From Methanobacteriota archaeon (GTDB lineage Archaea; Thermoplasmatota; Poseidoniia; Poseidoniales; Thalassarchaeaceae), in assembly GCA_002698225.1 (NCBI GenBank), contig NZWD01000004.1, positions 20,090 through 84,089 on the forward strand: a DNA stretch of 64,000 nucleotides, in the 5' to 3' direction. Under the pieces are notes generated by a model. It had not been told where the DNA came from and ran no database searches. It was given only the letters and a program-made list of their open reading frames with translations. The position numbers and the translations under genes were made by a program. Below, piece by piece: positions 1 through 11,086 of this stretch; positions within the stretch are counted from its first letter, which is position 1; every line of letters begins with the position of its first letter.

Positions 1-3000
1 ATGCTGAGCACCTGACTCAACTTCTGCGGAAGGCGGGCGAAGATCCCTTGGATCCCGGAGGGTACTTCATCATCAATGGGACTGAGAGAGTCCTAATCTC
101 GATGGAGGACCTAGCGCCTAACAGAGTCACCGTAGAGAAGAACAAGAAGTACGCCCACGAAACCGAGGTGGCGAAGATTTTCTCCCAGAGAGACGGAGTA
201 CGTAAGCCAATCAACATCGAGAAGCGCAGAGACGGTATGCTGATGGTGAAGATTCCCAGTGCTGGAACCACTCCAATACCAGTAGTACTCTTGATGCGTG
301 CTCTTGGGATGAGCAACGATCGCGAGATTTTCGCTTCGATTGCCGGACCCGTAGAGGCGATGAAGTACACCGTGGCGAATCTCAATGACGTCAAGGACAA
401 CGAAGAGTATGGAGTTGAGACTGAGGAGGAAGCGATATTGTGGTTGGAGAAGAAGTTCGCTGCCGGCCAACAGAAGGAGTACAGAGAGACTCGAATTCAG
501 AACTTGCTGGACAAGGAACTACTTCCTCATCTAGGAGATTCAGATGAGCACCGCCAGAAGAAGTCCATTTTCCTCGGCCGAATAGTCAGGCAGGTGCTCG
601 AGATGGCGATCTCAGACCGCGATCCGAATGACAAGGATCACTACGCCAACAAGCGAGTCAGACTGGCTGGCGATCTGATGGAAGATCTATTCAGGGTCAG
701 TATGCAGCAACTTTCTAGGGACCTCAAATACCAGTTAGAGAGGCACCACAACCGCAAGCGCGAGTTGAAGATTAACTCCTGCCTCAGGCCGGATGTACTC
801 ACATCCAAGATTATGCACGCTCTAGCTACCGGGAACTGGGTTGGGGGTCGTTCGGGAGTAAGCCAACTCCTCGACAGGACCACGTACATCGCAGCTCTAT
901 CTCATATGCGTAGAGTAACCAGCCCCTTGGTTCGCAGTCAGCCTCATTTCGAGGCTCGTGATCTTCACCCTACACAATGGGGTAGACTTTGCCCGAACGA
1001 GACCCCCGAAGGCCAGAACTGTGGTTTGGTGAAGAACGCTTCTCAGATGATTGATGTGTCAGAAGAAGTGCCTGAGGACGATGTGAAGGAACTTCTCGAA
1101 GAGGCGAATGTAAATTCGTCCCCAGAACAGTGGGCAGACGGATCGAGAATCCACGTCAACGGCGATATATTTGGCCTGCATAAGAGGCCATTAAAACTCG
1201 TTGAGAGAATCAAGAGGAGCAGACGCTCTGGTAGACTCAGGCCTGAAGTCAGTATCAGGCACGACACTGCCAACAGAGATGTATTCATTAATACCGATAG
1301 GGGAAGAGTCCTAAGGCCGTTGCTAGTCATCGAGCATGGTAGCCTAAACCTCAACAAGTTCCACCTCGAAGGCCTACGCTCAGGCGAACTTACATTCTCC
1401 GACTTGGTATCTTCGGGTGTTGTCGAATGGGTCGATGCTGAAGAGGAAGAAGACCTACTTGTAGCTCCACGCCCATTCGACCTACCTCTGATGTCTCCCG
1501 AGCACGGCAGACCAATCAATCCGGCTAAAGTCGAATGGCTAAACCTAGGAGAAGAGGAGATTTCCGAAGCCAAGCTGAGGGTCGAGGTACAACTCTCTAA
1601 CGGAACAACTGTCTTTGAGGAGTTTAACCAACCTCTCAACTACTATCAGGAAGATGTTGATTTATTGAAGAAGAAGGAGAAGAAGGACAATACGATACTG
1701 ATATTTACTCATGTGGAGATAGATCCGCAACTAATTCTCGGTGTATGCGCTTCCCTTGTCCCCTACCCTGAGCACAACTCTACACCAAGAGTCACTGGCG
1801 GTACTGCAATGGTCAAACAGAGCCTAGGACTACCAAGCTCAAACTACCGTCTGCGGCCAGATACAAGGGCGCATGTAATGCATTATCCGCAGCAATCTAT
1901 CGTAGGCACTCGTGCAATGGATTCGACCAATTTCAACACACGGCCGGGAGGGCAGAACTTCGTCGTCGCGATTATGAGCCAGCATGGTTACAATATGCAA
2001 GACGCTGTAATCATGAATCGCGCTTCAGTGGAGCGTGCACTCGGACGTTCGGCCTTCATCCGTACTTACAATGCCGAGAACAAGAGATTCCCAGGAGGCC
2101 AAGAGGAGCGTATTGAAGTTCCCGGCACCGGTCTCGATGAAGTCAAGGGCCTGAAGTCATTCGACAGCTACTCTCACTTAGAGCGAGACGGACTACCTAT
2201 CCCTGAGGAATTCCTCTCGACTCTCGATAAGTCGGAGAATTCGGTCCTAGTGGGTAAGACCAGCCCTCCGAGATTCCTCGAGGAAGCTCATGGCGCATTC
2301 CTCCAAGCCCAAGAGCGAAGGGAATCATCGATGCTCATCAGGCATGGCGAAGAGGGATGGGTCGACAATGTATTCGTTACCGAGTCGCTAGATTCTGGTC
2401 GCCTGGTTCGAATCACCATGAGAACTAACAAGATTCCAGAGTTGGGCGACAAGTTTGCTAGTCGCCACGGCCAGAAAGGTGTGATTGGCCGACTTGTCGA
2501 TGAGAAAGATATGCCCTTCACTGAAGATGGAGTTATTCCCGACCTCCTCATCAACCCTCACGCAATTCCATCTCGTATGACCGTGGCTCACGTTCTAGAG
2601 ATGATTGGAGGCAAGGTTGGTTCGATGGAAGGAAGAAAGATCGACGGCACTGCGTTCACCGGTGAGAAGGAAGATTCGCTTAGAGCTGGTCTGCTGAGGA
2701 ATGGATTCAACCATACTGGCCGTGAGTCGATGATAAATGGAGAGACCGGAGAAGGATACATTGCCGAAGTTTTCGCCGGAGTCATCTACTATCAGAGGCT
2801 GCACCACCTAGTAAGCAGCAAACTACACGCACGCAGCCGTGGAAGGGTACAGATTCTGACCCGTCAGCCCACCGAGGGCCGCGCACGCCAAGGTGGCCTA
2901 AGATTCGGAGAGATGGAGAGAGATTGCCTGATTTCTCACGGAGCCTCGATGGTAATCAAGGACAGGCTCTTGGACGAGTCTGATGGATGGGAAATGATGG

Positions 3001-3188
3001 TCTGCAACACTTCGGGCTGTGGCCACATAGCCTACTATGACTGGAAGCGAAGGACAACGGTCTGCCCTAATTGCGGAGAAAGGTCTGATGTCCACAAAGT
3101 ACAGACTTCGTACGCGTTCAAACTACTACTCGACGAGATGAAGAGTCTCGGAGTAGCCATGCGATTAGAATTGGAGGACCGAAGATGA
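1..3188 (+). CDS. rpoB: DNA-directed RNA polymerase subunit B (Rpo2), unsplit form, N-terminus cut off by the window edge
   Basis: ORF 48..3188 stays open in frame back to the window start. It has the conserved catalytic segment 'GDKFASRHGQKGV', the 'HNSTPR' region and the C-terminal zinc ribbon 'CNTSGCGHIAY...CPNCG'. Its stop overlaps the rpoA' start codon (ATGA). Confidence 0.95.
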   Translation, partial: AEHLTQLLRKAGEDPLDPGGYFIINGTERVLISMEDLAPNRVTVEKNKKYAHETEVAKIFSQRDGVRKPINIEKRRDGMLMVKIPSAGTTPIPVVLLMRALGMSNDREIFASIAGPVEAMKYTVANLNDVKDNEEYGVETEEEAILWLEKKFAAGQQKEYRETRIQNLLDKELLPHLGDSDEHRQKKSIFLGRIVRQVLEMAISDRDPNDKDHYANKRVRLAGDLMEDLFRVSMQQLSRDLKYQLERHHNRKRELKINSCLRPDVLTSKIMHALATGNWVGGRSGVSQLLDRTTYIAALSHMRRVTSPLVRSQPHFEARDLHPTQWGRLCPNETPEGQNCGLVKNASQMIDVSEEVPEDDVKELLEEANVNSSPEQWADGSRIHVNGDIFGLHKRPLKLVERIKRSRRSGRLRPEVSIRHDTANRDVFINTDRGRVLRPLLVIEHGSLNLNKFHLEGLRSGELTFSDLVSSGVVEWVDAEEEEDLLVAPRPFDLPLMSPEHGRPINPAKVEWLNLGEEEISEAKLRVEVQLSNGTTVFEEFNQPLNYYQEDVDLLKKKEKKDNTILIFTHVEIDPQLILGVCASLVPYPEHNSTPRVTGGTAMVKQSLGLPSSNYRLRPDTRAHVMHYPQQSIVGTRAMDSTNFNTRPGGQNFVVAIMSQHGYNMQDAVIMNRASVERALGRSAFIRTYNAENKRFPGGQEERIEVPGTGLDEVKGLKSFDSYSHLERDGLPIPEEFLSTLDKSENSVLVGKTSPPRFLEEAHGAFLQAQERRESSMLIRHGEEGWVDNVFVTESLDSGRLVRITMRTNKIPELGDKFASRHGQKGVIGRLVDEKDMPFTEDGVIPDLLINPHAIPSRMTVAHVLEMIGGKVGSMEGRKIDGTAFTGEKEDSLRAGLLRNGFNHTGRESMINGETGEGYIAEVFAGVIYYQRLHHLVSSKLHARSRGRVQILTRQPTEGRARQGGLRFGEMERDCLISHGASMVIKDRLLDESDGWEMMVCNTSGCGHIAYYDWKRRTTVCPNCGERSDVHKVQTSYAFKLLLDEMKSLGVAMRLELEDRR

Positions 3189-6100
3189 GCGCCCGTGATG
3201 CAGCCAAGATTCCTAAGAGGATTGAGTCAATCAAGTTCAGTTTGATGGATCCCAATGAGATTCGCAAGATGTCGTCAGTAGAGATCAAGACTGCTGACAC
3301 CTACAAGGATGATGGACACGCCTTCAAACAGGGTCTGATGGATCCCAAGATGGGAGTAATTGATCCAGGAATTCGCTGTGAGACCTGTGGCAACAAGCAC
3401 GATGAGTGCCCCAGTCACTTCGGACACATAGCGCTTGAACTACCAATCCTCCATATCGGCTTCACCAACCTAATCAAGACATCATTGAAGTCTACCTGTA
3501 ATACTTGTAGCAATGTGCTTCTGCACAGTTCACCTGAGACTCATCCTCTAGATCCTGAGAAATCTGAGCAGGATTACTATAGGGACCGCGTGCATGATAT
3601 CATGATTAAGCACGGAGTTGGGTCCAGAGAATTCAAGACCATAATCAAGGAGATAGAGAAGGAATGCTCCAGTAAGAAGAGAACTATCTGCATGCATTGC
3701 GGGTCTGAGCAGGGCAAGATTATCCTCGACAAACCTTCCACCTTCAAGGAGAAGAAGGCAGACAAGGGCGAACATAAGCTCAACGCTAGAGACATCAGAG
3801 AGTGGCTTGAGAGAATCCCCGACGAGCACCTAATCTTCCTAGGCATGGACAAGGACTCCAGCCGTCCAGAGTGGACCATCATGAAGGTCCTCCCCGTCCC
3901 TCCGATTACCGTCCGACCTTCAATCACCTTGGATAGCGGCGACCGCTCCGAGGATGACCTAACTCACAAACTCGTGGATGTCCTGAGGATTAATCAACGC
4001 CTACGTGAGAACCGTGACGCCGGCGCGCCACAGTTGATTGTAGAGGATTTGTGGGAACTCCTGCAGTACCACTGCACCACCTACTTCGACAACCAGACTA
4101 GTGGAATTCCTCCTGCAAGACACCGCTCAGGCCGCCCCCTGAAGACGCTTGCACAGCGTCTGAAGGGCAAGGAAGGACGCTTCCGTAGTAACTTGTCCGG
4201 TAAGCGTGTTAACTTCTGCGCTAGAACAGTCATAAGCCCCGATCCGAACCTTGGCATCAATGAGGTAGGGGTACCTGAGAAGACTGCCAAGGAGCTTACA
4301 GTACCTATTCGTGTTACTGGTCGCAATAGAGAGCAGCTGCGTCAGATGATTCTCCGAGGGCCAGATGTCCACCCTGGCGTTAACTACATCATGCGTGGAG
4401 ACAGTTTCAGAGTCAGAATAACTGACCGGACCAAGTACATATGGGCTGGATTCAGGTGCCTCAACCCTGAGTGTGACTCTGGTAGTGAGGATGAGCCATA
4501 TACCGGTTTCAGACCAGATCTCAATGAGGTATTGCCAGCACCCAATTTCCTACCTGGCCTTGAACTAATGAGGCAGAAGAGTCGGAATGCTATAGGAGAT
4601 CTCGAAGAAGAGTGGGGAGTCGACCTCGATGGCACCTTGAACAACCTCAGGGGCGAGGACTCAAGAGGCGCATCATTAGCAGATGACGATTCCAAGGCTA
4701 TCATCCATAACAGGTGGAAGTGGGAACATTCCAACCCTGATGATTTCTTCCCCGACCACCTCGAGGTCCACTGCCCTCACTGTGGCAGTCCTGAGATTGA
4801 AGACGAGTATGGCGGCTCATATCGCACTGAGATAGAAGATAGACTTAGCACCGTCGATAGAGATGGCAACCCCAAGCCAGGAGTGATTGTTGAGAGACAC
4901 CTGATTGATGGCGATGTCGCGATTTTCAATCGACAACCATCACTCCACAGGATGTCTATGATGGTACACGAAATCAGAGTCATGGCCGGCAAGACATTCA
5001 GATTCAATCTGGCAGATTGCACGCCATACAACGCCGACTTCGACGGTGACGAGATGAATCTGCATGTAATTCAGAGCGAGGAGGCCAGAGCAGAGGCCAA
5101 GATTCTGATGCGAGTGCAGGAGCACATCATCACGCCGAGATACGGCGGGAGCGTAATCGGTGGAATCCACGATCACATCTCAGGCGCATATCTCTTGACC
5201 AACGGTAACCGCATTCTGCCCAAGAGTCTCGTACTCGAGATTCTCGGTGCAATCGGTTGGGCAGGAGATCTTCCTGAGGAGGTCGAGAGCAATGGCATGA
5301 TAGGATACCGTGGCACGGATGTCCTTGGCCTAATCGTACCTTCAGGATTCAAGCTCAACTATACCAGCAGAGTAGGCGACGAAGTAACGGTCACGGAAGG
5401 AGATGTCTCTGGTACCATAGACAAGAGGGGAATCGGCGCTGAGGACGGACGCCTGCTCGATGCGGTGGTCCAGACTCACGGCTCGGATGCAGGAGCAGAG
5501 TTCCTCAACCGTATGACCAAGATGACAATCGCGATTTGTACTGCCATGGGCTTCACGACTGGCATAGATGACGAGGACCTACCGCCCGAGGCAAAGGCCG
5601 AAATCATTCAAATCAACGAGAGAGCCAGCCAAGAGGTGGACGATGAGTTGGAGAAGTTCGGCAAGGACGGCCGCAGATATGAGTCTAGACCAGGCCGCAC
5701 TCCATTAGAAACTCTAGAGGAAAACATTCTACAAATTCTAGACAAGGGTAAGGCAGAGTCCGGAGAGGTCGCGAAAGACCATCTTGGCTCAGACAATCCA
5801 GCTGTTATGATGGCTGTATCGGGTGCTAGAGGATCAATGGACAATCTGGCTATGATGGCCGGTTCTATTGGTCAGCCAAAGGTTCGCGGAAAGCGACTTG
5901 AGAGAGGCTATCAAGACCGTGTACTGTCTCACTTCCAGAGGGGCGTCAAGGGGGCCCGAGAGAAGGGATTCGTATCATCTTCGTTCAAGCGCGGCCTCGA
6001 GCCCACTGAGTTCTTCATGCTCTCAGTTTCTGGAAGGGAATCACTCGTTGACACTGCAGTAAGGACTAGCAAGTCTGGTTACATGCAGAGACGACTCATC

Positions 6101-6277
6101 AATGCCATGGACGATCTGAAGGTAGCTGACGATGGGATGAACTCGGTGCGTAATACGGCAAAGCGAATCATCCAGTTCGAATATGGAGAGGATGGGGTCG
6201 ACCCCGCCCGCAGCCGTAAGGGCTCTCCTATCGATGTGACCCAAGCACTCGACGACGCGCTTGGAGGTGAGAACTGA
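3185..6277 (+). CDS. rpoA1: DNA-directed RNA polymerase subunit A' (Rpo1N); carries an extra ~130-aa zinc-ribbon insertion
   Basis: N-terminal zinc sites ('[17 protein letters not shown]'), the active-site motif '[12 protein letters not shown]' and '[12 protein letters not shown]'. At 1030 aa it is longer than a typical A' (~880 aa). Confidence 0.95.
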   Translation: MSARDAAKIPKRIESIKFSLMDPNEIRKMSSVEIKTADTYKDDGHAFKQGLMDPKMGVIDPGIRCETCGNKHDECPSHFGHIALELPILHIGFTNLIKTSLKSTCNTCSNVLLHSSPETHPLDPEKSEQDYYRDRVHDIMIKHGVGSREFKTIIKEIEKECSSKKRTICMHCGSEQGKIILDKPSTFKEKKADKGEHKLNARDIREWLERIPDEHLIFLGMDKDSSRPEWTIMKVLPVPPITVRPSITLDSGDRSEDDLTHKLVDVLRINQRLRENRDAGAPQLIVEDLWELLQYHCTTYFDNQTSGIPPARHRSGRPLKTLAQRLKGKEGRFRSNLSGKRVNFCARTVISPDPNLGINEVGVPEKTAKELTVPIRVTGRNREQLRQMILRGPDVHPGVNYIMRGDSFRVRITDRTKYIWAGFRCLNPECDSGSEDEPYTGFRPDLNEVLPAPNFLPGLELMRQKSRNAIGDLEEEWGVDLDGTLNNLRGEDSRGASLADDDSKAIIHNRWKWEHSNPDDFFPDHLEVHCPHCGSPEIEDEYGGSYRTEIEDRLSTVDRDGNPKPGVIVERHLIDGDVAIFNRQPSLHRMSMMVHEIRVMAGKTFRFNLADCTPYNADFDGDEMNLHVIQSEEARAEAKILMRVQEHIITPRYGGSVIGGIHDHISGAYLLTNGNRILPKSLVLEILGAIGWAGDLPEEVESNGMIGYRGTDVLGLIVPSGFKLNYTSRVGDEVTVTEGDVSGTIDKRGIGAEDGRLLDAVVQTHGSDAGAEFLNRMTKMTIAICTAMGFTTGIDDEDLPPEAKAEIIQINERASQEVDDELEKFGKDGRRYESRPGRTPLETLEENILQILDKGKAESGEVAKDHLGSDNPAVMMAVSGARGSMDNLAMMAGSIGQPKVRGKRLERGYQDRVLSHFQRGVKGAREKGFVSSSFKRGLEPTEFFMLSVSGRESLVDTAVRTSKSGYMQRRLINAMDDLKVADDGMNSVRNTAKRIIQFEYGEDGVDPARSRKGSPIDVTQALDDALGGEN

Positions 6278-7848
6278 TGGTAGTCAAGAGTGCCACTAAG
6301 AAGAAGCTCATGGACCTCGGCGTCTCTGAGGAGTACGCTCACAAACTCGCCGATGATCGCAAGTGGGACGATGTGAAGATACTGACATCAGGCCAGATAG
6401 CTCAGATTTGCGGTATAGACTCAGGTACCTCGCAAGAGATATTCAATGTCATGGCTGCTTCTGGCAAGCGCTCCCGGGCCGCCACCAAGACCGAGAAGAC
6501 GATAGTCAGGAGGAGGCCTGCATCTAGGCGGAGGAAGAAGAAGACTCTGCCGCTGCAGCAGTATGACTCAGAGTCTAAGATGAAAGAAATACTCAGAGAT
6601 ATTGATGTAGATGATCCAATTTACCAGCAACTCCGTGATGTTTCGATAGAGATGGATGCACCTATCACGCCTAGAGTTCTAGGGGATTTGATGGAGGGCC
6701 TTCGTGCTAGGGGTAAGACCAAACTGAGTAAGTCGGAAGCGAAGAAGGTGATTGAATCCTCGATGGCCTTGTTGGCGGTTTCAAGAGCCGACCCCTATGA
6801 GGCGGTGGGGATTACCACTGCCCAGTCCATTGGTGAGCCGGGAACTCAGATGACGATGCGAACATTCCACTATGCCGGCGTGGCCACTGTCAACGTCACT
6901 CAGGGTCTGCCTAGAGTCATCGAGATAGTCGATGCCCGAAAGGTACCGAAGACTCCGACCATGCTGATTTATCTCGACGAAACTAATTCCAAGGGCAAGC
7001 CGTTGAACACTGACGAGAAGGCTGTGCGTAAGATTGCAGCAGCTCTTGAGATGACGACCACTCTAGACATAGCTCAGCTTGATGTTGATGTGACCCAGCG
7101 CCACATCACGATGAAATTGATCAATAAGAATCTAAGAATCAAGGCGATGAACGGTGCAGAGGTCAGAGACAAACTCTCTCGTGCCCTAAGGCTGTACATC
7201 CAAGCCGACGACGAAGACCGCCCCAAGGTACTAACCATCATTCCGGGTGTAACGAAGGAGGATGATCTTGCTTCTCTAACCTCAGATCCGCCCACTTACA
7301 CTGCACTTCTACAGTTAGAGGAGAAAATCAAGAAGTTGAGATTGAAGGGACTTGCAGGCATCTCCCGAGCTAATATCCAAGGCCCAAGCAGAGACACCGG
7401 TGAGTACTACATTTCCACTATAGGATCCAACCTAGCCGTGGTCAGCGAGTTCGCGGGCGTAGACAGATCTAAGACCTACACCAACAATATCGAAGAAATC
7501 AACAAGTTCCTAGGTATCGAAGCTGCCAGGCAGGCAGTCATCAACGAGATGTCGGACACCCTTGAGGGAGCAGGCCTTGAGGTCGACATACGCCACTTGC
7601 TAACCGTCGCAGATGTAATGACCAGTGAGGGCAACTACCGCGCAATAGGCAGGCACGGAGTCAGCGGAACTAAGCACAGTATCTTGGCTCGTTCCGCCTT
7701 CGAGGTTACAGTTACTCATCTACTGCAAGCCGGCGTAATCGGCGAGCGTGACGAGTTGAGTGGAGTTACTGAGAATATCATAGTAGGACAGCCGGTATCT
7801 CTCGGTACTGGCAGCGTTGATTTGTTCTACATTCCACAGAATGTGTGA
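6277..7848 (+). CDS. rpoA2: DNA-directed RNA polymerase subunit A'' (Rpo1C) with a long N-terminal extension
   Basis: Conserved '[21 protein letters not shown]' and 'LLQAG...GE...[11 protein letters not shown]' C-terminal region. The start overlaps the rpoA' stop by 1 nt. Confidence 0.9.
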   Translation: MVVKSATKKKLMDLGVSEEYAHKLADDRKWDDVKILTSGQIAQICGIDSGTSQEIFNVMAASGKRSRAATKTEKTIVRRRPASRRRKKKTLPLQQYDSESKMKEILRDIDVDDPIYQQLRDVSIEMDAPITPRVLGDLMEGLRARGKTKLSKSEAKKVIESSMALLAVSRADPYEAVGITTAQSIGEPGTQMTMRTFHYAGVATVNVTQGLPRVIEIVDARKVPKTPTMLIYLDETNSKGKPLNTDEKAVRKIAAALEMTTTLDIAQLDVDVTQRHITMKLINKNLRIKAMNGAEVRDKLSRALRLYIQADDEDRPKVLTIIPGVTKEDDLASLTSDPPTYTALLQLEEKIKKLRLKGLAGISRANIQGPSRDTGEYYISTIGSNLAVVSEFAGVDRSKTYTNNIEEINKFLGIEAARQAVINEMSDTLEGAGLEVDIRHLLTVADVMTSEGNYRAIGRHGVSGTKHSILARSAFEVTVTHLLQAGVIGERDELSGVTENIIVGQPVSLGTGSVDLFYIPQNV

Positions 7849-7857
7849 GGTATTTCT

Positions 7858-8154
7858 ATGGACATTGCAAGACATTTGAAGCAGGGAATGAGTACAGGTA
7901 GGATTGTCTTCGGGCAACGCCAGACTAGAAGCGCTTGTGCAAATGGCGACGCCAGATTGGTCGTCGTCGCAGCAAACTGCCCCCCTGACTACATCACAAC
8001 TCTTTCTGAGAGCCATCCTGATGTCCCTGTTCACCAGGTGCCTTTGGTTAATGGCCAGTTAGGCGCAGCCTGCGCAAAACCCTTCCCAGTCAGTGCGCTT
8101 TGCATTATTGACCCCGGCCAGAGTGACCTGTTATCACTATCATCCAACGTTTGA
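7858..8154 (+). CDS. rpl30e: 50S ribosomal protein L30e
   Basis: 98-aa protein with the L30e signature 'GRIVFG...ARLVVVAANCP'. It sits in the canonical position after rpoA''. Confidence 0.85.
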   Translation: MDIARHLKQGMSTGRIVFGQRQTRSACANGDARLVVVAANCPPDYITTLSESHPDVPVHQVPLVNGQLGAACAKPFPVSALCIIDPGQSDLLSLSSNV

Positions 8155-9169
8155 TCATCAAACCCTTGGGATTGACTTCCCTGCACTTGCGCCAAGCGCT
8201 CTATTCAAGTCCGTCTTACCATCGGCTAACAATGTGGATGGCACTGTCAGAGACCTGTTAGCGGCCCGAGATGTAGTGCTCTCGCCGTCAGAAATACAGA
8301 GGATTCACGGTTTTAATTGCATAGGAATCGCCGAGAAGATCCCCGATCTATCTCTAACCTCGTCCTCACAGGTGCATGTTTGGCACATCACTGACGACCT
8401 TTACCCAGTGACCCCCTCAGAGGTTGAGAGGTGGATGGTAGATGCCCCCCCTGGTAAGCACTGGATTTTGAGTGAGAGGGAATTCGACTCATCACTCATT
8501 GAACAGTCAAATTCTCTGGAAGTAGTAGTTTGGGGGCCAGAGAGGATGGCGAGTTGGATTGGAGAGTCAGTACTATCAGGTGAACTGGGGACATTTCTTC
8601 AAACAGAGGAAGAGATCGAATCTCCTGTAATTAATATTGAGAATGCCTCTTCTGAGAACCAAACTGTGCGAACGCTCAGACCACTCGTCGAACTCAACAA
8701 TTGGTTGGAGCAGAGAGGCTGGGATGGCGCTAGAACCTCACCCGTGCTCCTATCTGCACGTTTATGGGATATTACGGGCACCCTTACGGGTCCGGATGAC
8801 CAGCCAGAGTCTGGGAATTGGCAAATAATTGAGGACCCGTGGGCTTCAACATACCAGATACACGAGGCTGAGCAGGTGTTGGGGAAATCTCCAGCTCTCA
8901 GGATAATGAAGCCCTCCTCTGGCTGGATGGCTGAGCGCGATAGTTTGCCTTCGGAAATGCTCAAACTGGCAGATCAGCGCAGACAGGGAGAGCCTGAGAC
9001 CAATGATGACGAGGTTAGCAGTATCATGCTTGAGTGGTGGAGGCTAGACCAATCTTCTGTCCAGGCCGAATTCTCTCAGTTAACAATTCCTGGATGGATC
9101 ATTTATCTCGAGGGCAATGAGTCGAAGTTGCTACATGGTAGAAACGGTAGACTGTACGAGTTCGATTAG
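8093..9169 (+). CDS. hypothetical protein in the position normally held by nusA; true start uncertain, possibly the internal ATG near 8435
   Basis: Long ORF whose 5' end overlaps the end of L30e in another frame. No KH/GXXG motifs, so it is not NusA-like, and no family is recognised. It ends tail-to-tail against the minus-strand gene at 9170. Confidence 0.4.
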   Translation: MRFALLTPARVTCYHYHPTFDHQTLGIDFPALAPSALFKSVLPSANNVDGTVRDLLAARDVVLSPSEIQRIHGFNCIGIAEKIPDLSLTSSSQVHVWHITDDLYPVTPSEVERWMVDAPPGKHWILSEREFDSSLIEQSNSLEVVVWGPERMASWIGESVLSGELGTFLQTEEEIESPVINIENASSENQTVRTLRPLVELNNWLEQRGWDGARTSPVLLSARLWDITGTLTGPDDQPESGNWQIIEDPWASTYQIHEAEQVLGKSPALRIMKPSSGWMAERDSLPSEMLKLADQRRQGEPETNDDEVSSIMLEWWRLDQSSVQAEFSQLTIPGWIIYLEGNESKLLHGRNGRLYEFD

Positions 9170-10048
9170 TCAATTCCTGCGCAAAGCCATCAGTTCGTCA
9201 GTAGACAGTGTGTCTCCCGACATCAGCCTGGACATCAGATCCGTGACTTCGAGCTTCTCCTCATCGCCCGCGTCTTCTGACTTCTTATCTCTGGAATCCA
9301 TGGCTCTCATCATGTCCACGATGGAATGAATACACCTCAGAGAGACGATATATTGTGAGTGCAATGCATCCGCCTCTCTTTTGGATTTGTTCAACTCTCC
9401 ATGTGCTGAGTTTGCCTTCTCCCTGAGCCTATCAACCTCTTCAGACAATTCCACCATTAGGTCATGAGACTCCTGCGCTCTTCCAACTGAAATCTCAACG
9501 GATTTGTGAGCTTCCTCCTGTGAGGCCTCGGCAACTCTGACAGCATCCTTCAGTTCCCTCATTCCGCCACCGCCTCTCTCTTTCTCCGCGCTTTTTAGCG
9601 CCTCTGAGAGTTGCTTCATTTTCTTGTGATAATCGCGCTCTCTCTTGCCTAGGAACTGGCCGGTCATATACTGTTTTTCTAGCCTCTCCATGTCCGACCT
9701 TATCTTGCCTGGAGGGGGGCCTCTTGAACGCTTAGAGTTGGCTCCAGAATCTCCTTGCTCAGCGAGTTTTTCCCTGAGTTCATCACGAACCAACTTGAGA
9801 TGCTTAGATTTTTCAGCACGAATTTCCTTCAGTTCCTTGACTCTGCTATTGATTTCATCCCTAACGGACTTCTGTGACTGGACCTCATTGATGAGCTCCT
9901 TTACTTGACGATTAACCTCATTTCTCTCGTCTAGGTGTTGTCTTACCTCTGCATTCCAATGGTCTCTCTCGTCCTTGTTCAATTCGGACTTCTGGACCAT
10001 AGTCTCAGATAGTGGCTGGAGAATAAGCCGGACTTCGTCAAATTCCAC
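9170..10048 (-). CDS. coiled-coil protein, paralog 1 (COG1340-like archaeal coiled-coil family, assignment tentative)
   Basis: 292 aa, highly charged with strong heptad character ('ERNEVNRQVKELINEVQSQKSVRDEINSRVKELKEIRAEK'), and a Gly-rich break in the middle. Confidence 0.6.
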   Translation of the reverse strand: MEFDEVRLILQPLSETMVQKSELNKDERDHWNAEVRQHLDERNEVNRQVKELINEVQSQKSVRDEINSRVKELKEIRAEKSKHLKLVRDELREKLAEQGDSGANSKRSRGPPPGKIRSDMERLEKQYMTGQFLGKRERDYHKKMKQLSEALKSAEKERGGGGMRELKDAVRVAEASQEEAHKSVEISVGRAQESHDLMVELSEEVDRLREKANSAHGELNKSKREADALHSQYIVSLRCIHSIVDMMRAMDSRDKKSEDAGDEEKLEVTDLMSRLMSGDTLSTDELMALRRN

Positions 10049-10108
10049 TATCTCACCTCATCGCCCTCGAACAGGATTCCTCATTTAGGCGTGATGGAAG
10101 CGTCGATG

Positions 10109-11086
10109 CTACTCATCAACCTCCCTCTTAGCGGCGAGAGAACCTCTGCGAGCACCACCTCTAGTGACACCTAGACGCATACCCTTACGCTTCGTCCTCT
10201 TATGTTCAGACTCGACCTTGGATGACGATGACTCATCTTTCGACTCAGTTAGTTCACTCAACTTGGCAGAGCCCAGAAGTGTCTCTAGTTCACTGACATC
10301 CAGAGTACCGCCAGTTTGAGCTCTCTCCTTGATGTCTGATAGCTTGATTGGTCGGCCACCTATGGTGGTTGCCTTCTGGTAGGTCTTGACTCTTCCCAGA
10401 CTGCTCCTTATCTGCTTTCTTTCGGACTTGAGGCGATCTAGTTGCTTGTCTATCTTGCTTATTCTCTTGCTGATTTTCCTGATTTCCGATCTAGATATTC
10501 CGGATTGACTATCAGACTCATCAGATTCTCCTTGTTCGGAGTTTGTTGCAGATTTCTTCGTCTCGTCGAGTTGTGAAGTGATTTCACGCATTCGCTTTAT
10601 CTGCTTGACATATTCCTTGTGAAAACTCTCAGATTCACCTTTCATTGCAATTGCAGACTGCAACTCAAAGAATCGTGAGAAGGAATCCAATTCCCTGGCG
10701 AGAGTTGGAACAGTAGTGAGGTCATTATCTAGGGTAGTCAGTCTACTATGAGTATCGCTCAACCATTCGCATAGTACCTCGATAGGAGGGGGAATTCTAC
10801 TATTCACCTCATCTCTCCCTCTACGGGCTTTATCCGCAGCCTTCCTGACAGAATGGAATTTCCCCAGCAAGACCCTCCTTGCACCACTCACCTGCTCCAT
10901 CTCGCCAACAGCGGTACGAATTGAGCGAACTAGGCTGACTTGATTGCGACGCTCGCCACGCAAGTCTGAATGCTGCCTCTCAACGGATTTTAGATTTCGA
11001 TCTAAGTCCTTTCTCATTCCCTCGATTTCAAAATGATCCATTTCCTCCAAATCTTCGAAGTGTCTAGAGTCAGGAGATTTACTCAT
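10109..11086 (-). CDS. coiled-coil protein, paralog 2
   Basis: 325 aa with the same charged heptad-repeat composition and a C-terminal basic/Gly tail 'KRTKRKGMRLGVTRGGARRG'. It lies in tandem with the neighbouring paralogs. Confidence 0.6.
   Translation of the reverse strand: MSKSPDSRHFEDLEEMDHFEIEGMRKDLDRNLKSVERQHSDLRGERRNQVSLVRSIRTAVGEMEQVSGARRVLLGKFHSVRKAADKARRGRDEVNSRIPPPIEVLCEWLSDTHSRLTTLDNDLTTVPTLARELDSFSRFFELQSAIAMKGESESFHKEYVKQIKRMREITSQLDETKKSATNSEQGESDESDSQSGISRSEIRKISKRISKIDKQLDRLKSERKQIRSSLGRVKTYQKATTIGGRPIKLSDIKERAQTGGTLDVSELETLLGSAKLSELTESKDESSSSKVESEHKRTKRKGMRLGVTRGGARRGSLAAKREVDE

Noticed and set aside
1043-1639. 198-aa minus-strand ORF inside rpoB; the same applies to 17..400, 111..470 and 641..889
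   Set aside because: All are antisense to the highly conserved RNAP B subunit and Ser/Leu-rich. These are typical shadow ORFs.
7858-9169. NusA encoded downstream of L30e
   Set aside because: No ORF in any frame there has the NusA KH-domain GXXG signatures. The only long ORF (8093..9169) is unrelated.
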